In this document: piece after piece, positions 1 through 8,059 of the stretch | Layout: every line of letters starts with the position of its first letter | Position numbering within the stretch: the stretch's first letter is position 1 | NCBI GenBank assembly: GCA_026397955.1 | Contig: JAPLTV010000030.1 | Coordinates: 117 to 64,116, forward strand | Source of the DNA: Verrucomicrobiota bacterium | GTDB lineage: Bacteria; Verrucomicrobiota; Verrucomicrobiia; Opitutales; UBA953 | Length of the DNA: 64,000 nt | Reading direction: 5' to 3' | Notes under the pieces: model-generated | Seen by the model: only the letters and a program-made list of their open reading frames with translations | What the model was told of the DNA's origin: nothing | Databases searched by the model: none | Position numbers and translations under genes: made by a program

Positions 1-1
1 C

Positions 2-487
2 CTGTTCGGCAAGGTCCGCGCTTCGGCGCGGCTGCTCGTGCACCCTTTAGTGTTCTCGTTCCCTTTCCTGAAGAAGTTCGCCCTCCGCTGGGGCTTCGTG
101 CAGGTGTCCATCGATGACGCCGTCGCGCTGCTCAAACAGGGACAGACCGTGGCGATCTGCCCGACGGGACTGGTGGAGGCGCTCGGCGAGGCCGAACTTC
201 CCTTTAAGACCGGCGCGGTGCGCATCGCCCAGCAGGCCGGCGTCCCGATGGTCCCGGTTTATTTCCATTATGGCAGTTATCCTGGCCGCTGGGTGACGCC
301 GTTTTCGATCACCGTGCAGAACATCATCCTCTTCTGCCTCTGGCCGTCCTATCGCCAAGGCGTCACCATCATCGTCGGCGCGCCGATGGATCCCGCCGGC
401 GACGTGAAAGAGCGGACGAAGGCGTTGAAGGCGGCGGTCGAGGGTTTGAAGCCAGGTGCGAAAGGGCTGAGTGGAGGACTGAATTGA
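2..487 (+). CDS. PlsC-type lysophospholipid acyltransferase family protein, 3' part (5' end upstream of window)
   Basis: The frame is open from base 2, and track ORF 38..487 is the in-window remainder. QTVAICPTG and PFKTGAVRIAQQAGVPMVPVYF resemble the FPEGTR-like and PIVPV blocks of glycerolipid acyltransferases. Stop TGA 485-487 abuts a GGTAGGG repeat head. Confidence 0.6.
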   Translation: MFGKVRASARLLVHPLVFSFPFLKKFALRWGFVQVSIDDAVALLKQGQTVAICPTGLVEALGEAELPFKTGAVRIAQQAGVPMVPVYFHYGSYPGRWVTPFSITVQNIILFCLWPSYRQGVTIIVGAPMDPAGDVKERTKALKAAVEGLKPGAKGLSGGLN

Positions 488-514
488 GGTAGGGATGCGA
501 TTGCCATCGCATCC
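488..514 (+). repeat. REP-like unit, hairpin-1 type (GGTAGGG head + palindrome)
   Basis: GGTAGGG-ATGCGAT-TGCC-ATCGCAT-CC. Starts immediately after the acyltransferase stop codon. Confidence 0.8.
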
Positions 515-585
515 GTATAAAACCGAGGGCTGGGTTTGCTCGGGTCTTAGTTTGGTGCGATGACTTCGCCGCTGCGCAAGCGAAC

Positions 586-612
586 GGACGTGATGGCAAT
601 CACGTCCCTACC
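586..612 (-). repeat. REP-like unit, hairpin-1 type, inverted relative to 488-514
   Basis: GGACGTGAT-GGCA-ATCACGTCC-CTACC. Ends 2 nt before the ThuA stop codon. Confidence 0.8.
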
Positions 613-614
613 TC

Positions 615-1697
615 TTACTTGATCCCGGGGAGGCGGTCGAAGGGGATACGTAGGTAAAAGCCCAGGCCTTCGGAGGACTTGTAGAGGATGCCGACGCCGG
701 TGGCTTCGACGGACTTCGGGTCGACGCCGGGGGCGGTGAGCAGGAATGCCTTGGTCTCGGCGAGCGCCTGAGGGATGGGGGTGCCGTGTTCGAGCGCGTG
801 TTCGAGACGTTCCTGATACGAGGAGCATTCGGCCATGCGCTTGGTGATGAGTGGGTCGCCGGCGGGGCGATTGGGCGCGGGCTTCGCGACGGGCTTCAAC
901 TTCTCGAATTCCTCTGGTAGATCGAGGTCCTTGGCTACCATCTTCACCGACGCACCGGCGGCGGGTATTTCGACTTGCGCGGCCCAGAGCACACCGTTGA
1001 CGATCAGGCGACGGAAAGGTTCCGAGGCCAGGTTGTCGTGGAAGTGCAGGCCGACGAAGCCGAAGGAACGGCCGCCCGCGGGGCGCTCGTACGTCCAGCC
1101 GACGGGGTAGTCTTTGCCGCCGACCATCGCCCGGGCGACGGGTTTGGCGGCGGGCAGGAAGCGCAGGTCGTAATACCATTCGTCGCGGATCGGGAAATCC
1201 TGCCAGCCTCGGCTGATCGGATGCGAAGCGTCGGCGACGCGCACCGTGCTCGGCTCGACCTTGTAGCGGGAGAAGCCGCCTTTCTGCGCGTTGAAATGTC
1301 CGCCGAGCGCCTTGAGCCAGGGGTCGCCGGCGGCGGGTTCGGCGGAGCCCGTGCCCCAGTGGAGGGCGATGAGGCCGATGCCGCGGTCGATGAGCGCTTG
1401 GGCCTGGGTGGCGTGGGCGGGGGCAAAGAAGACGTCGCCGCCGAGCTTGTCGTGCAGCACCACCGCCGCGACACCGTCGAAGGCGTGCGGGTCGGTGGGC
1501 CAGCCGCGGGCGACGACTGTCTCGAAGTCGCCGTTCTGTTTGAGCCACTTCGCGATCAGCTCGCAGTCCGGGAGGTAGGTATGCGAGCGATAGCCGTGAT
1601 CCGGCGGCTGGCCGATGAGCAGCACCTTGACCGGCGCGGCGAAGGCCTGGGCAAAGGTGAACAAGGAGAGCCAGAGCAGGATGACGGGGCGGTTCAT
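615..1697 (-). CDS. ThuA domain-containing protein (secreted)
   Basis: Track ORF of 360 aa. Signal peptide MNRPVILLWLSLFTFAQAFA. VKVLLIGQPPDHG, GIGLIALHWGTG and a W/Y-rich core are typical of ThuA-like (trehalose-utilisation, GATase1-like fold) proteins. Confidence 0.8.
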   Translation of the reverse strand: MNRPVILLWLSLFTFAQAFAAPVKVLLIGQPPDHGYRSHTYLPDCELIAKWLKQNGDFETVVARGWPTDPHAFDGVAAVVLHDKLGGDVFFAPAHATQAQALIDRGIGLIALHWGTGSAEPAAGDPWLKALGGHFNAQKGGFSRYKVEPSTVRVADASHPISRGWQDFPIRDEWYYDLRFLPAAKPVARAMVGGKDYPVGWTYERPAGGRSFGFVGLHFHDNLASEPFRRLIVNGVLWAAQVEIPAAGASVKMVAKDLDLPEEFEKLKPVAKPAPNRPAGDPLITKRMAECSSYQERLEHALEHGTPIPQALAETKAFLLTAPGVDPKSVEATGVGILYKSSEGLGFYLRIPFDRLPGIK

Positions 1698-1819
1698 CGT
1701 GCGGGGAGTGTTGGGGAGAGCCGGTGGAGTTTCGAGGATAGAGTATGGGCGCAGGGCAGGGGCGCTCGCTTGGGCGCGCCCACGCTTGCACGAGGGCGTC
1801 GGCGGGCCAGTATCGACGC

Positions 1820-2722
1820 ATGAAGCTCTGGCTGGCTATCGCGGGTGCCGTCCTCGCCGTCTGGGTGCAGGCGGCACCCTCGGTGCCGGTCGAGACGTTC
1901 GTGGTGAGCAAGCTTTCGCCTTCGGGCGCCTACTCGCAGAAGGACTTCGCCGTCCTGTGGTCGGCTTTCCGTCAGCAATATCGCATCGGCGCCAACGGCG
2001 CCTTGGTGCAGCAGGATTACGCCCGCACGCTCATCCGCAAGGTCGACGAGAACAGCCCCTTCGCGTTCTCCGACCTTACGCGGCTCTTCGGCGACAACGC
2101 CGTGGGCAAGACGGGACTGATGCGCGCGGAAGGCGCCGAGCTGCAACGGACGCCCCTCAAGGTCTTGCGCACGCCTAAGGAGGCGGCCGAGCATGCGCGC
2201 GATGTGACGTGCCGGATGGCCGAGGTTCAGGTCGGATCGGCTCTGTCCGATCGGCTGGTCGGTGCGCATGCGGCGGTGTTCCTCCGCAAGGTGCCCAACG
2301 AATTTGACAAGGCGCTCGGCACCGACGACTTCGCCGGTTCGTTTAAGAATACGCCGGTCACGATCTTCCTGACGGACCCCGATCTCGTGCCTTTCGGGAC
2401 GATCAAGGCGCACATCGAACCGACCGATGGCGGGTTCAACCAAGTAGGCGAGCTCGCGGATTCGAAGGCGAACCAGGACCGCTTCTTAGCGGCGCTCAAG
2501 GGCGGCGCGGAGTTCAAGGTCTTTTGGTTCAAAGAGGGCCTCTGCTACGCCTGCAAGGGCACCGGGATCGTCGCGGGAAACTACGATCAGAAAGGGAAAG
2601 CCGTCCGCGCTTTCCAGCTGAGCGGCGGGTCGCTTGCCGTGGACGAGAAATGCAAGACCTGCGGTGCCAACGGTCGCCTGCCGCGCGGCCATGTGAGCGT
2701 GCTGGTATGGGAGAAGAAGTGA
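1820..2722 (+). CDS. Secreted hypothetical protein with two C-terminal CxxCxGxG (DnaJ zinc-finger-like) motifs
   Basis: Track ORF 1745..2722. I place the start at ATG 1820 because MKLWLAIAGAVLAVWVQA is a clean signal peptide. The C-terminus carries CYACKGTG and CKTCGANG. I recognise no other family. Confidence 0.7.
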   Translation: MKLWLAIAGAVLAVWVQAAPSVPVETFVVSKLSPSGAYSQKDFAVLWSAFRQQYRIGANGALVQQDYARTLIRKVDENSPFAFSDLTRLFGDNAVGKTGLMRAEGAELQRTPLKVLRTPKEAAEHARDVTCRMAEVQVGSALSDRLVGAHAAVFLRKVPNEFDKALGTDDFAGSFKNTPVTIFLTDPDLVPFGTIKAHIEPTDGGFNQVGELADSKANQDRFLAALKGGAEFKVFWFKEGLCYACKGTGIVAGNYDQKGKAVRAFQLSGGSLAVDEKCKTCGANGRLPRGHVSVLVWEKK

Positions 2723-2753
2723 GCGCCGTCCAAGGACGGCCAGCCTCGCTCAC

Positions 2754-2987
2754 CTATCTCGCTGCCGGCGTGAGCTGCAAGTGCTTCACCGGCTCCATCG
2801 CCGCGAAGATCGGCCGGCCGTTGGCGTTGAGGATCGAGACCACTTCGTCACCCTGGGGGAGTAGGTGCCAGAGCTCCGTGCTGACGATGAAGGTCTTGCC
2901 GGACTTCAGCTTCACGCAGAGCAGTCGGGAATAGGGAGCCACGGTGGCAGGGCGTTGGGTACTAGGACGGAGGAGGCGGAAAGGCAT
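2754..2987 (-). CDS. Small hypothetical protein (77 aa)
   Basis: Track ORF. GGGAGG lies 8 nt upstream of the ATG (reverse complement of 2996-3001). It sits 57 nt downstream of, and co-directional with, the Sel1-like gene. The sequence is beta-rich and not low-complexity. No family recognised. Confidence 0.5.
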   Translation of the reverse strand: MPFRLLRPSTQRPATVAPYSRLLCVKLKSGKTFIVSTELWHLLPQGDEVVSILNANGRPIFAAMEPVKHLQLTPAAR

Positions 2988-3044
2988 GAGGAAAGCCTCC
3001 CGGCCGCGGGGTCACCGTCAAAGGACAACCTCTGGGGTGTTTTT

Positions 3045-3875
3045 CTAGGGCTTTTCCTTCTTAGGCACGAAGGCCTTCGCCTTCTTTTCGGCTTCGGCCA
3101 CCTGTTCCTGAGTCAGTTTCAGGAGGAGTCGTTCGCGCAGGAGTTTGCGTGAAGCCGGCGTATGGCCGTCCAGCTTACCGTCCGTCGACGCGGTGGGATT
3201 GGCGTCGGCGATCAGCGACCACTTATAAGCGGTGACCGGATCCTGAAGGGTGTAAAAGAGTAGGCTGGCCAAGGTGGCTTGGGCTTCGTGGTGTCCCTGG
3301 AGGGCGGCGCGTTCAAGCCAGCGGACGGCTTCCTGCGAGTTCGCGGGAAGCACCGGTATCGAGACGAAGCGGATGGAAGGCATCGAGCCTCTGGACAGGT
3401 CTTCGCCGGTCAGCGCCGAAAGCACGAGAGGCGAAATCCGCATGCCATGGGTCCCCGGGTCCAGGTGGATGACTTGATCCATGCCTTTATGATAAATAAC
3501 GCCGAGCAGGTTCTGGGCTTCGGCGTCGCCGGCCTCGGCTTTCCGGCGGGCGTTGCCGAAAGCGACGCCGATGTCGACGGGGCGCTTCTTCGCTTCGGCC
3601 GCCGCGAAGGAGGCGTCTTCTTTCGCACGTTGCTCGGCGGTCTGTTTAGCGCGGGCAGCCTCCTGCTCGCGACGCAGCTTGGCAGCCGTCGCTTCCGCCA
3701 CCGCCTTGCGACGGAAGCCCTCGTTGATTTCCTTGGAGCGTTTCTGGGCTTCAGCGACTCGCTCCTGTTCGGCGATCAGCGTGAGGCGGGCAAAGTAGGC
3801 GAACAAGACGACCGCCGCCACGGCGAGCATGACGAACATCCCTTTGATGAGCGGCTTGAGCGGGTTGGCTACCAT
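3045..3875 (-). CDS. Membrane-anchored Sel1/TPR-like repeat protein with charged coiled-coil linker
   Basis: Track ORF of 276 aa. N-terminal TM helix (GMFVMLAVAAVVLFAYF), then a K/E/A/R-rich helix. GDAEAQNLLGVIYHKG and AVRWLERAALQGHHEAQATLASLL are Sel1-type repeat signatures. Confidence 0.75.
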   Translation of the reverse strand: MVANPLKPLIKGMFVMLAVAAVVLFAYFARLTLIAEQERVAEAQKRSKEINEGFRRKAVAEATAAKLRREQEAARAKQTAEQRAKEDASFAAAEAKKRPVDIGVAFGNARRKAEAGDAEAQNLLGVIYHKGMDQVIHLDPGTHGMRISPLVLSALTGEDLSRGSMPSIRFVSIPVLPANSQEAVRWLERAALQGHHEAQATLASLLFYTLQDPVTAYKWSLIADANPTASTDGKLDGHTPASRKLLRERLLLKLTQEQVAEAEKKAKAFVPKKEKP

Positions 3876-4086
3876 GTGATAGAAGTAGGCTGGAGGTGGG
3901 GAGAGGGCAACGCCAGAGGGGCGCAGCCTCGTTGCGTCAGGTCGAAATCCTGCGGCTTCCTTAGGTTTAAGAGGGGCAGGAGGGTGCTAGGCTGCGTTCT
4001 CTGGGGCGTCTTCGCCGCCAGAAGTTTTCGCAAGTTTGTCACCCGATACGTTCGGTATCGCATCACCGAGGATCTAAGATGGCTAA

Positions 4087-4695
4087 ATGGTCACCCCAGC
4101 TAAGCCAAGTCTACGCCAGTGGTTGCTCTGGGTGTCGTCCGCCCTGGTGTTCACCGTGGTCGTGTTACCGCTTTCGTTCTACGGGTTCCTGCATCGCGAC
4201 CACAATAGTCATGAGGTCGAGCCCGGCCTGATCTACCGTTCTGCCCAGCTACCAGCGGCGGAGTTCGTCGATTTGGCCAAGCGGGTTGGCCTGCGCACGG
4301 TCATCAATCTCCGTGGAGAGAACAGCGGACGAGAATGGTATGATGATCAATCTCGCGCGGCCCGAGCCCTGGGAGTCGGTTTCGTGAACTATCGCATGAG
4401 CGCCTCGCGGGAGCTGACCCCTGCGCAGATGGCCGAGCTTGCCCAGATCCTCCGCGACGCGCCGAAGCCGGTGCTCATCCACTGTGGTTCGGGATCAGAT
4501 CGGACCGGGTTGGCCTGCGCGCTCTATCTTTTTGACGCGGGTTATCCGGCTGAGGCCGTCGCGTATCAGCTATCTTTGCGCTTTGGACATTTTCCCTACC
4601 TCTGGAGCGGTTCGTGGGCCATGGATAATAGTCTCAAGGCCTATAGGGATCATCTGCGCGCCGCCAGCCGGGGCTTGGCTGCCGCGGGGAACTGA
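4087..4695 (+). CDS. Membrane-anchored Cys-based protein tyrosine / dual-specificity phosphatase
   Basis: Track ORF of 202 aa. N-terminal TM segment. CX5R P-loop HCGSGSDRTG. Paralog of 7370..7963. Confidence 0.8.
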   Translation: MVTPAKPSLRQWLLWVSSALVFTVVVLPLSFYGFLHRDHNSHEVEPGLIYRSAQLPAAEFVDLAKRVGLRTVINLRGENSGREWYDDQSRAARALGVGFVNYRMSASRELTPAQMAELAQILRDAPKPVLIHCGSGSDRTGLACALYLFDAGYPAEAVAYQLSLRFGHFPYLWSGSWAMDNSLKAYRDHLRAASRGLAAAGN

Positions 4696-4698
4696 GCA

Positions 4699-5844
4699 GT
4701 GCGTCTGCTCGACCGTCACGTCCTGAAGGAATGCGCGTTGGCCTGCTCGCTTGCGACCGGGGCTTTCGTGTTCGTGTTGCTGGGCGGCAATATCGTCCAG
4801 ATGGTGCTTGGGGCGGTCTCGTCCGGTCGCGTCACCTCATGGGAAGCCTGCGAACTGATCGCGCTGCTCTTTCCCACGGTGCTACCGTATGCCTTGCCGA
4901 TGGGGGTGCTGACCGGCGTCCTGTTGACGTTCGGACGGATGGGGGCCGACGGAGAGATCACTGCCATGAAGGCTTCCGGCGTCTCCCTTTGGCGCATCGC
5001 CGCCCCCGTGTGGATTGTCGCTGCCTTGTTGGCTGTCGCCTCGCTCTGGCTCAACCTCGAAGCTGGCCCGGCCTCGGAAGACGGTTTCCAGAAGGTGCTG
5101 CTCGGCTCCGCCCAGCTGACGCCCGCCGGCCTCATCCAGCCCGGTAAACTCAACCGTCAGTTCCAAGGCCTGTTGATCCGCGCCGAGGCCAAGGATGGCG
5201 AGACGCTAAAGCGCTTTCATCTCTGGCAGGTGGATGAACGAGGCAAAGTCCTCCAGTCCTTGCGGGCGGCAGAGGCGCGCCTCACCAAGGTAACGGACTC
5301 CGCGGGACATTCGTTCCTCAAGGTGGAGATGCGCGAAGCCAAGATGAACAGTCGCCCCGGTGACGGCGATACGCTTGCGCATCCCGAAAGTTTCGTCGCC
5401 GCCCAGCAGGCCATCCTAGAAGTCCCGCTGGGCCAGCGGTCAGGCGAGAAGGGAACCTATGTGAAGCGCTTGCGCATGATGACGGGTGGCGAACTGCTCG
5501 CGGCGATGGAGACCGGCTGGCAACTGCCGGACAAGCCGACGGCAGAGGAACGGGTGACCGAACGGATGAGGCTCGCCGTGCAATTTATGTTCCGGGTGGC
5601 GACAGCTTTGTCCGTGCTATCCTTGACGATGCTCGCCGTGCCGTTGGCGGTCTCAGTCGGTCGTTCGGAGACCAGTGTGAGCGCTGGATTGGCCTTGGGC
5701 GTGGCCTTGACCTATTATCTCCTGACCTCGATGGCGACCTGGGTGAAGAGCCCCGCCTGGCATCCGGAGGTCCTGGTGCTCTTGCCGAACATCCTGCTCG
5801 CGGCGATCGCCTGTCTGTTGATGCGGAAGGCCGCGCGTCACTAG
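4699..5844 (+). CDS. LptF/LptG family permease (YjgP/YjgQ)
   Basis: Track ORF of 381 aa with a GTG start 4 nt after the preceding stop. The N-terminal pattern (RLLDRHVLKE..., LPYALPMGVLTGVLLTFGRMGADGEITAMKASGVS) parallels E. coli LptF. C-terminal TM bundle. Confidence 0.85.
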   Translation: MRLLDRHVLKECALACSLATGAFVFVLLGGNIVQMVLGAVSSGRVTSWEACELIALLFPTVLPYALPMGVLTGVLLTFGRMGADGEITAMKASGVSLWRIAAPVWIVAALLAVASLWLNLEAGPASEDGFQKVLLGSAQLTPAGLIQPGKLNRQFQGLLIRAEAKDGETLKRFHLWQVDERGKVLQSLRAAEARLTKVTDSAGHSFLKVEMREAKMNSRPGDGDTLAHPESFVAAQQAILEVPLGQRSGEKGTYVKRLRMMTGGELLAAMETGWQLPDKPTAEERVTERMRLAVQFMFRVATALSVLSLTMLAVPLAVSVGRSETSVSAGLALGVALTYYLLTSMATWVKSPAWHPEVLVLLPNILLAAIACLLMRKAARH

Positions 5845-5929
5845 TCGCTATCGCTATAAGATGCGTCGCCCTGAGGACAGCCATAGGGCTTTGGTTTGCA
5901 AGGCTAGGGCGGGGCGAAAGACTCGGCTC

Positions 5930-7042
5930 ATGCGTACCCCCGTCCTCTTTCTCAGCCTGCTACTATCCCTCGGCGGCTTCGCGGCCGATTCCGTCCTCGC
6001 CCCGTTCGTGCAGCGCGAGGAGCTCGCCGGCGCGGTGGCGCTGGTCGCGAGCAAGGACAATGTCCTGAACGTGACCACCGTCGGCTTCGCCGACATCGAA
6101 GCGAAGAAGCCCATGCAGGCCGACTCCGTGTTCTGGATCGCCTCGCAGTCGAAAGGCATCACCGCCACGGCCGTCATGATGCTCGTCGACGAGGGCAAGC
6201 TCTCGCTGAACGATCCCGTCGAGAAATACCTGCCGGAGTTCACGGACCAGCAGGTCGCCGCCGGCAAGGACAAGACCGTCGCCCGTGCACGCTCGATCAC
6301 GATCCGCGATCTCCTTTCGCACGTCAGCGGCCTGCCGTTCAAGTCGGTGGAAGAACAGCCCACGCTCGACGGCCTGCCGCTCGCGGCCGCGGTGAAGACC
6401 TACGCCAAGGCCCCGCTGGCCACACAGCCTGGCACGAAGTACCAGTATTCCAACGCTGGCATCAATACCGCCGCCCGCGTCCTCGAGGTCGTCAGCGGCA
6501 TGGCGTACGAAGACTTCATGGATAAGCGTCTATTCGGCCCGCTCGGCATGAAGGACACCACTTTCTGGCCTAACGCCGAGCAGGTCTCGCGTCTCGCCAA
6601 GACCTACAAGCCCGACGCCTCCAAGAAGAAGCTCACCCTCGGCGGCCTCGGCCAGCTGCAGGCCGACCTCACCGACCATGTGCATCGTTTCCCGATGCCT
6701 GCGGGCGGCCTCTTCTCCACCGCCAAGGATGTCTCTACGTTCTGCCGCATGCTGCTCAACGGCGGCGAACTCGACGGACGCCGCTACCTTAGCGCCGCCG
6801 CGTTGAAGGAGCTCTCGACGCGCCAGACGCCGAAGGAGCTGAAGGAAAGCTACGGGCTCGGCCTCGCGGTCGGTCCGGATTTCTTCGGCCACGGTGGCGC
6901 GCAGGCCACCGGTATGGAAGTGCGCACCAAGGACGGCCTCGTGATCGTCTGGATGGTCCAGCACCAGGGCTTCCCCGGCAAGGGCGGCCAGGCCCAAGGC
7001 GAATTCAAGAAGTGGGCGGTGAAGGAGTTCTCGGGGAAGTGA
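5930..7042 (+). CDS. Serine hydrolase, beta-lactamase (class C / esterase) family, secreted
   Basis: Track ORF 5861..7042. Start moved to ATG 5930, giving signal peptide MRTPVLFLSLLLSLGGFA. SxxK nucleophile motif in FWIASQSKGITA. YSN motif in KYQYSNAG. Confidence 0.85.
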   Translation: MRTPVLFLSLLLSLGGFAADSVLAPFVQREELAGAVALVASKDNVLNVTTVGFADIEAKKPMQADSVFWIASQSKGITATAVMMLVDEGKLSLNDPVEKYLPEFTDQQVAAGKDKTVARARSITIRDLLSHVSGLPFKSVEEQPTLDGLPLAAAVKTYAKAPLATQPGTKYQYSNAGINTAARVLEVVSGMAYEDFMDKRLFGPLGMKDTTFWPNAEQVSRLAKTYKPDASKKKLTLGGLGQLQADLTDHVHRFPMPAGGLFSTAKDVSTFCRMLLNGGELDGRRYLSAAALKELSTRQTPKELKESYGLGLAVGPDFFGHGGAQATGMEVRTKDGLVIVWMVQHQGFPGKGGQAQGEFKKWAVKEFSGK

Positions 7043-7067
7043 ACGCTGCGCGCTCCCTTCCCGAACA

Positions 7068-7094
7068 GAGTATGGAGTATCGAGTATAGAGTAT
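7068..7094. repeat. Tandem heptamer (GAGTATN) x4
   Basis: GAGTATG GAGTATC GAGTATA GAGTAT. The 9-mer ATAGAGTAT recurs at 1738-1746. Confidence 0.7.
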
Positions 7095-7110
7095 CGGGGG
7101 ATTACGCCCG

Positions 7111-7137
7111 CGGCTGACCAAGGGTGGTCAGCCCTAC
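7111..7137 (-). repeat. REP-like unit, variant stem (GGCTGACCA-AGGG-TGGTCAGCC-CTACC)
   Basis: Perfect 9 bp palindrome followed by the CCCTACC head. Confidence 0.7.
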
Positions 7138-7183
7138 CAATGTAAGGTGGAAGCGGTTAGCGGTTTGCCAGAGCCAAAGCGCC

Positions 7184-7272
7184 AAGGGGAGACCGAAAGC
7201 CGGATAGGATGCTACGGCCATTATTAAGCCCCAGGTAATCATCCGGTCTCCGGTTTCCCTTTGAGAGACCCG
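7184..7272 (-). repeat. X module (~90 nt intergenic repeat), full-length copy
   Basis: Its reverse complement aligns with 8001-8055 and 13581-13680 (GGG.CTCAAAGGGAAACCGGAGACCGGATGATT...CCGG.TTTCGGTCTCCC). Confidence 0.7.
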
Positions 7273-7369
7273 CTGCGAATAGACGTCACGCGGTGGCGCT
7301 CCTGCCTTGTGACTTGGGCGACGCCAAGTTGGCTTAATTCGATGGCATGATGGGAAACTACGCTTCCCC

Positions 7370-7963
7370 ATGCGCCACCCCTTCGTCCGTGCTTTTCGCG
7401 TCGTCGGCTTACTTGCGATCGCTCTCCTGCTATTCCTCGGTGGAGCGTATGCTTACGTCCATGGTGGCGGTAATTTCCATGAAGTGGAGAAGGGCGTGCT
7501 CTATCGTTCTTCTTGGCTTGGCGCCGAAGGCTTGGAAAGGGCGATCGCCCGACATGGCGTAAAGTCCGTGCTGAATCTCTGTGGTGAGCAACCCGGTGAT
7601 GCGTGGTATGACGGCGAGACGCAGGTCGCCCGTCGTCGCGGGATCATGTTCCGTAGCCTGGCGCTTTCCGCGAAGAACGAACTGGACGCGAGGCAGCTGG
7701 CGGAGCTTGTCGAGGCCCTGCGCGACGCTCCGAAGCCCTTGCTCATCCATTGCCGCGCCGGTTCCGACCGGACCGGCCTGGCCTGTGCCATCTATGTCGC
7801 CTCGCACGGCGGCTCTTATCGCGATGCTTGCGAACAGCTTTCGCTCTACTACGGCCACTTCCCCTATTTCGGGAGCAAGAGTGTGGCGATGGACGTGACC
7901 CTCGAGCGCTTCTACGAAAGCGTGGCGGGCCTACGGATTGTGACTCAGGCGGAATCGAGGTAG
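7370..7963 (+). CDS. Membrane-anchored Cys-based protein tyrosine / dual-specificity phosphatase (paralog of 4087..4695)
   Basis: Track ORF of 197 aa. TM anchor. P-loop HCRAGSDRTG. Aligns along its full length with 4087..4695, roughly 45% identity by eye. Its TAG stop (7961-7963) lies inside a GGTAGGG repeat head. Confidence 0.8.
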   Translation: MRHPFVRAFRVVGLLAIALLLFLGGAYAYVHGGGNFHEVEKGVLYRSSWLGAEGLERAIARHGVKSVLNLCGEQPGDAWYDGETQVARRRGIMFRSLALSAKNELDARQLAELVEALRDAPKPLLIHCRAGSDRTGLACAIYVASHGGSYRDACEQLSLYYGHFPYFGSKSVAMDVTLERFYESVAGLRIVTQAESR

Positions 7964-8000
7964 GGTTGCGAACGGCGGCCATGGAAATGGCCGCCCTACC
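7959..8000 (+). repeat. REP-like unit, hairpin-2 type, carrying both heads (GGTAGGG...CCCTACC)
   Basis: GGTAGGG-TTGCGAAC-GGCGGCCAT-GGAA-ATGGCCGCC-CTACC. Contains the TAG stop of 7370..7963. Confidence 0.8.
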
Positions 8001-8055
8001 CAAGGCAACAGAGGGGGCTCAAAGGGAAACCGGAGACCGGATGATTGGCTGCGGG
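8001..8055 (+). repeat. X module, 5' part
   Basis: CAAGGCAACAGAGGGGGCTCAAAGGGAAACCGGAGACCGGATGATTGGCTG is near-identical to 13581-13630. Confidence 0.7.
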
Positions 8056-8059
8056 CATA

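Noticed and set aside
7102-7371. Short ORFs spanning the repeat clusters (7102..7371, 8073..8306, 12144..12383, 12290..12646, 13217..13543, 13243..13539, 34195..34500), several sharing peptides such as DVIAITS / MAITSLP / ETGDRMI.
   Set aside because: The shared peptides are translations of the palindromic repeat modules read in both orientations. The ORFs have no start context and cross module boundaries, so they are not coding.
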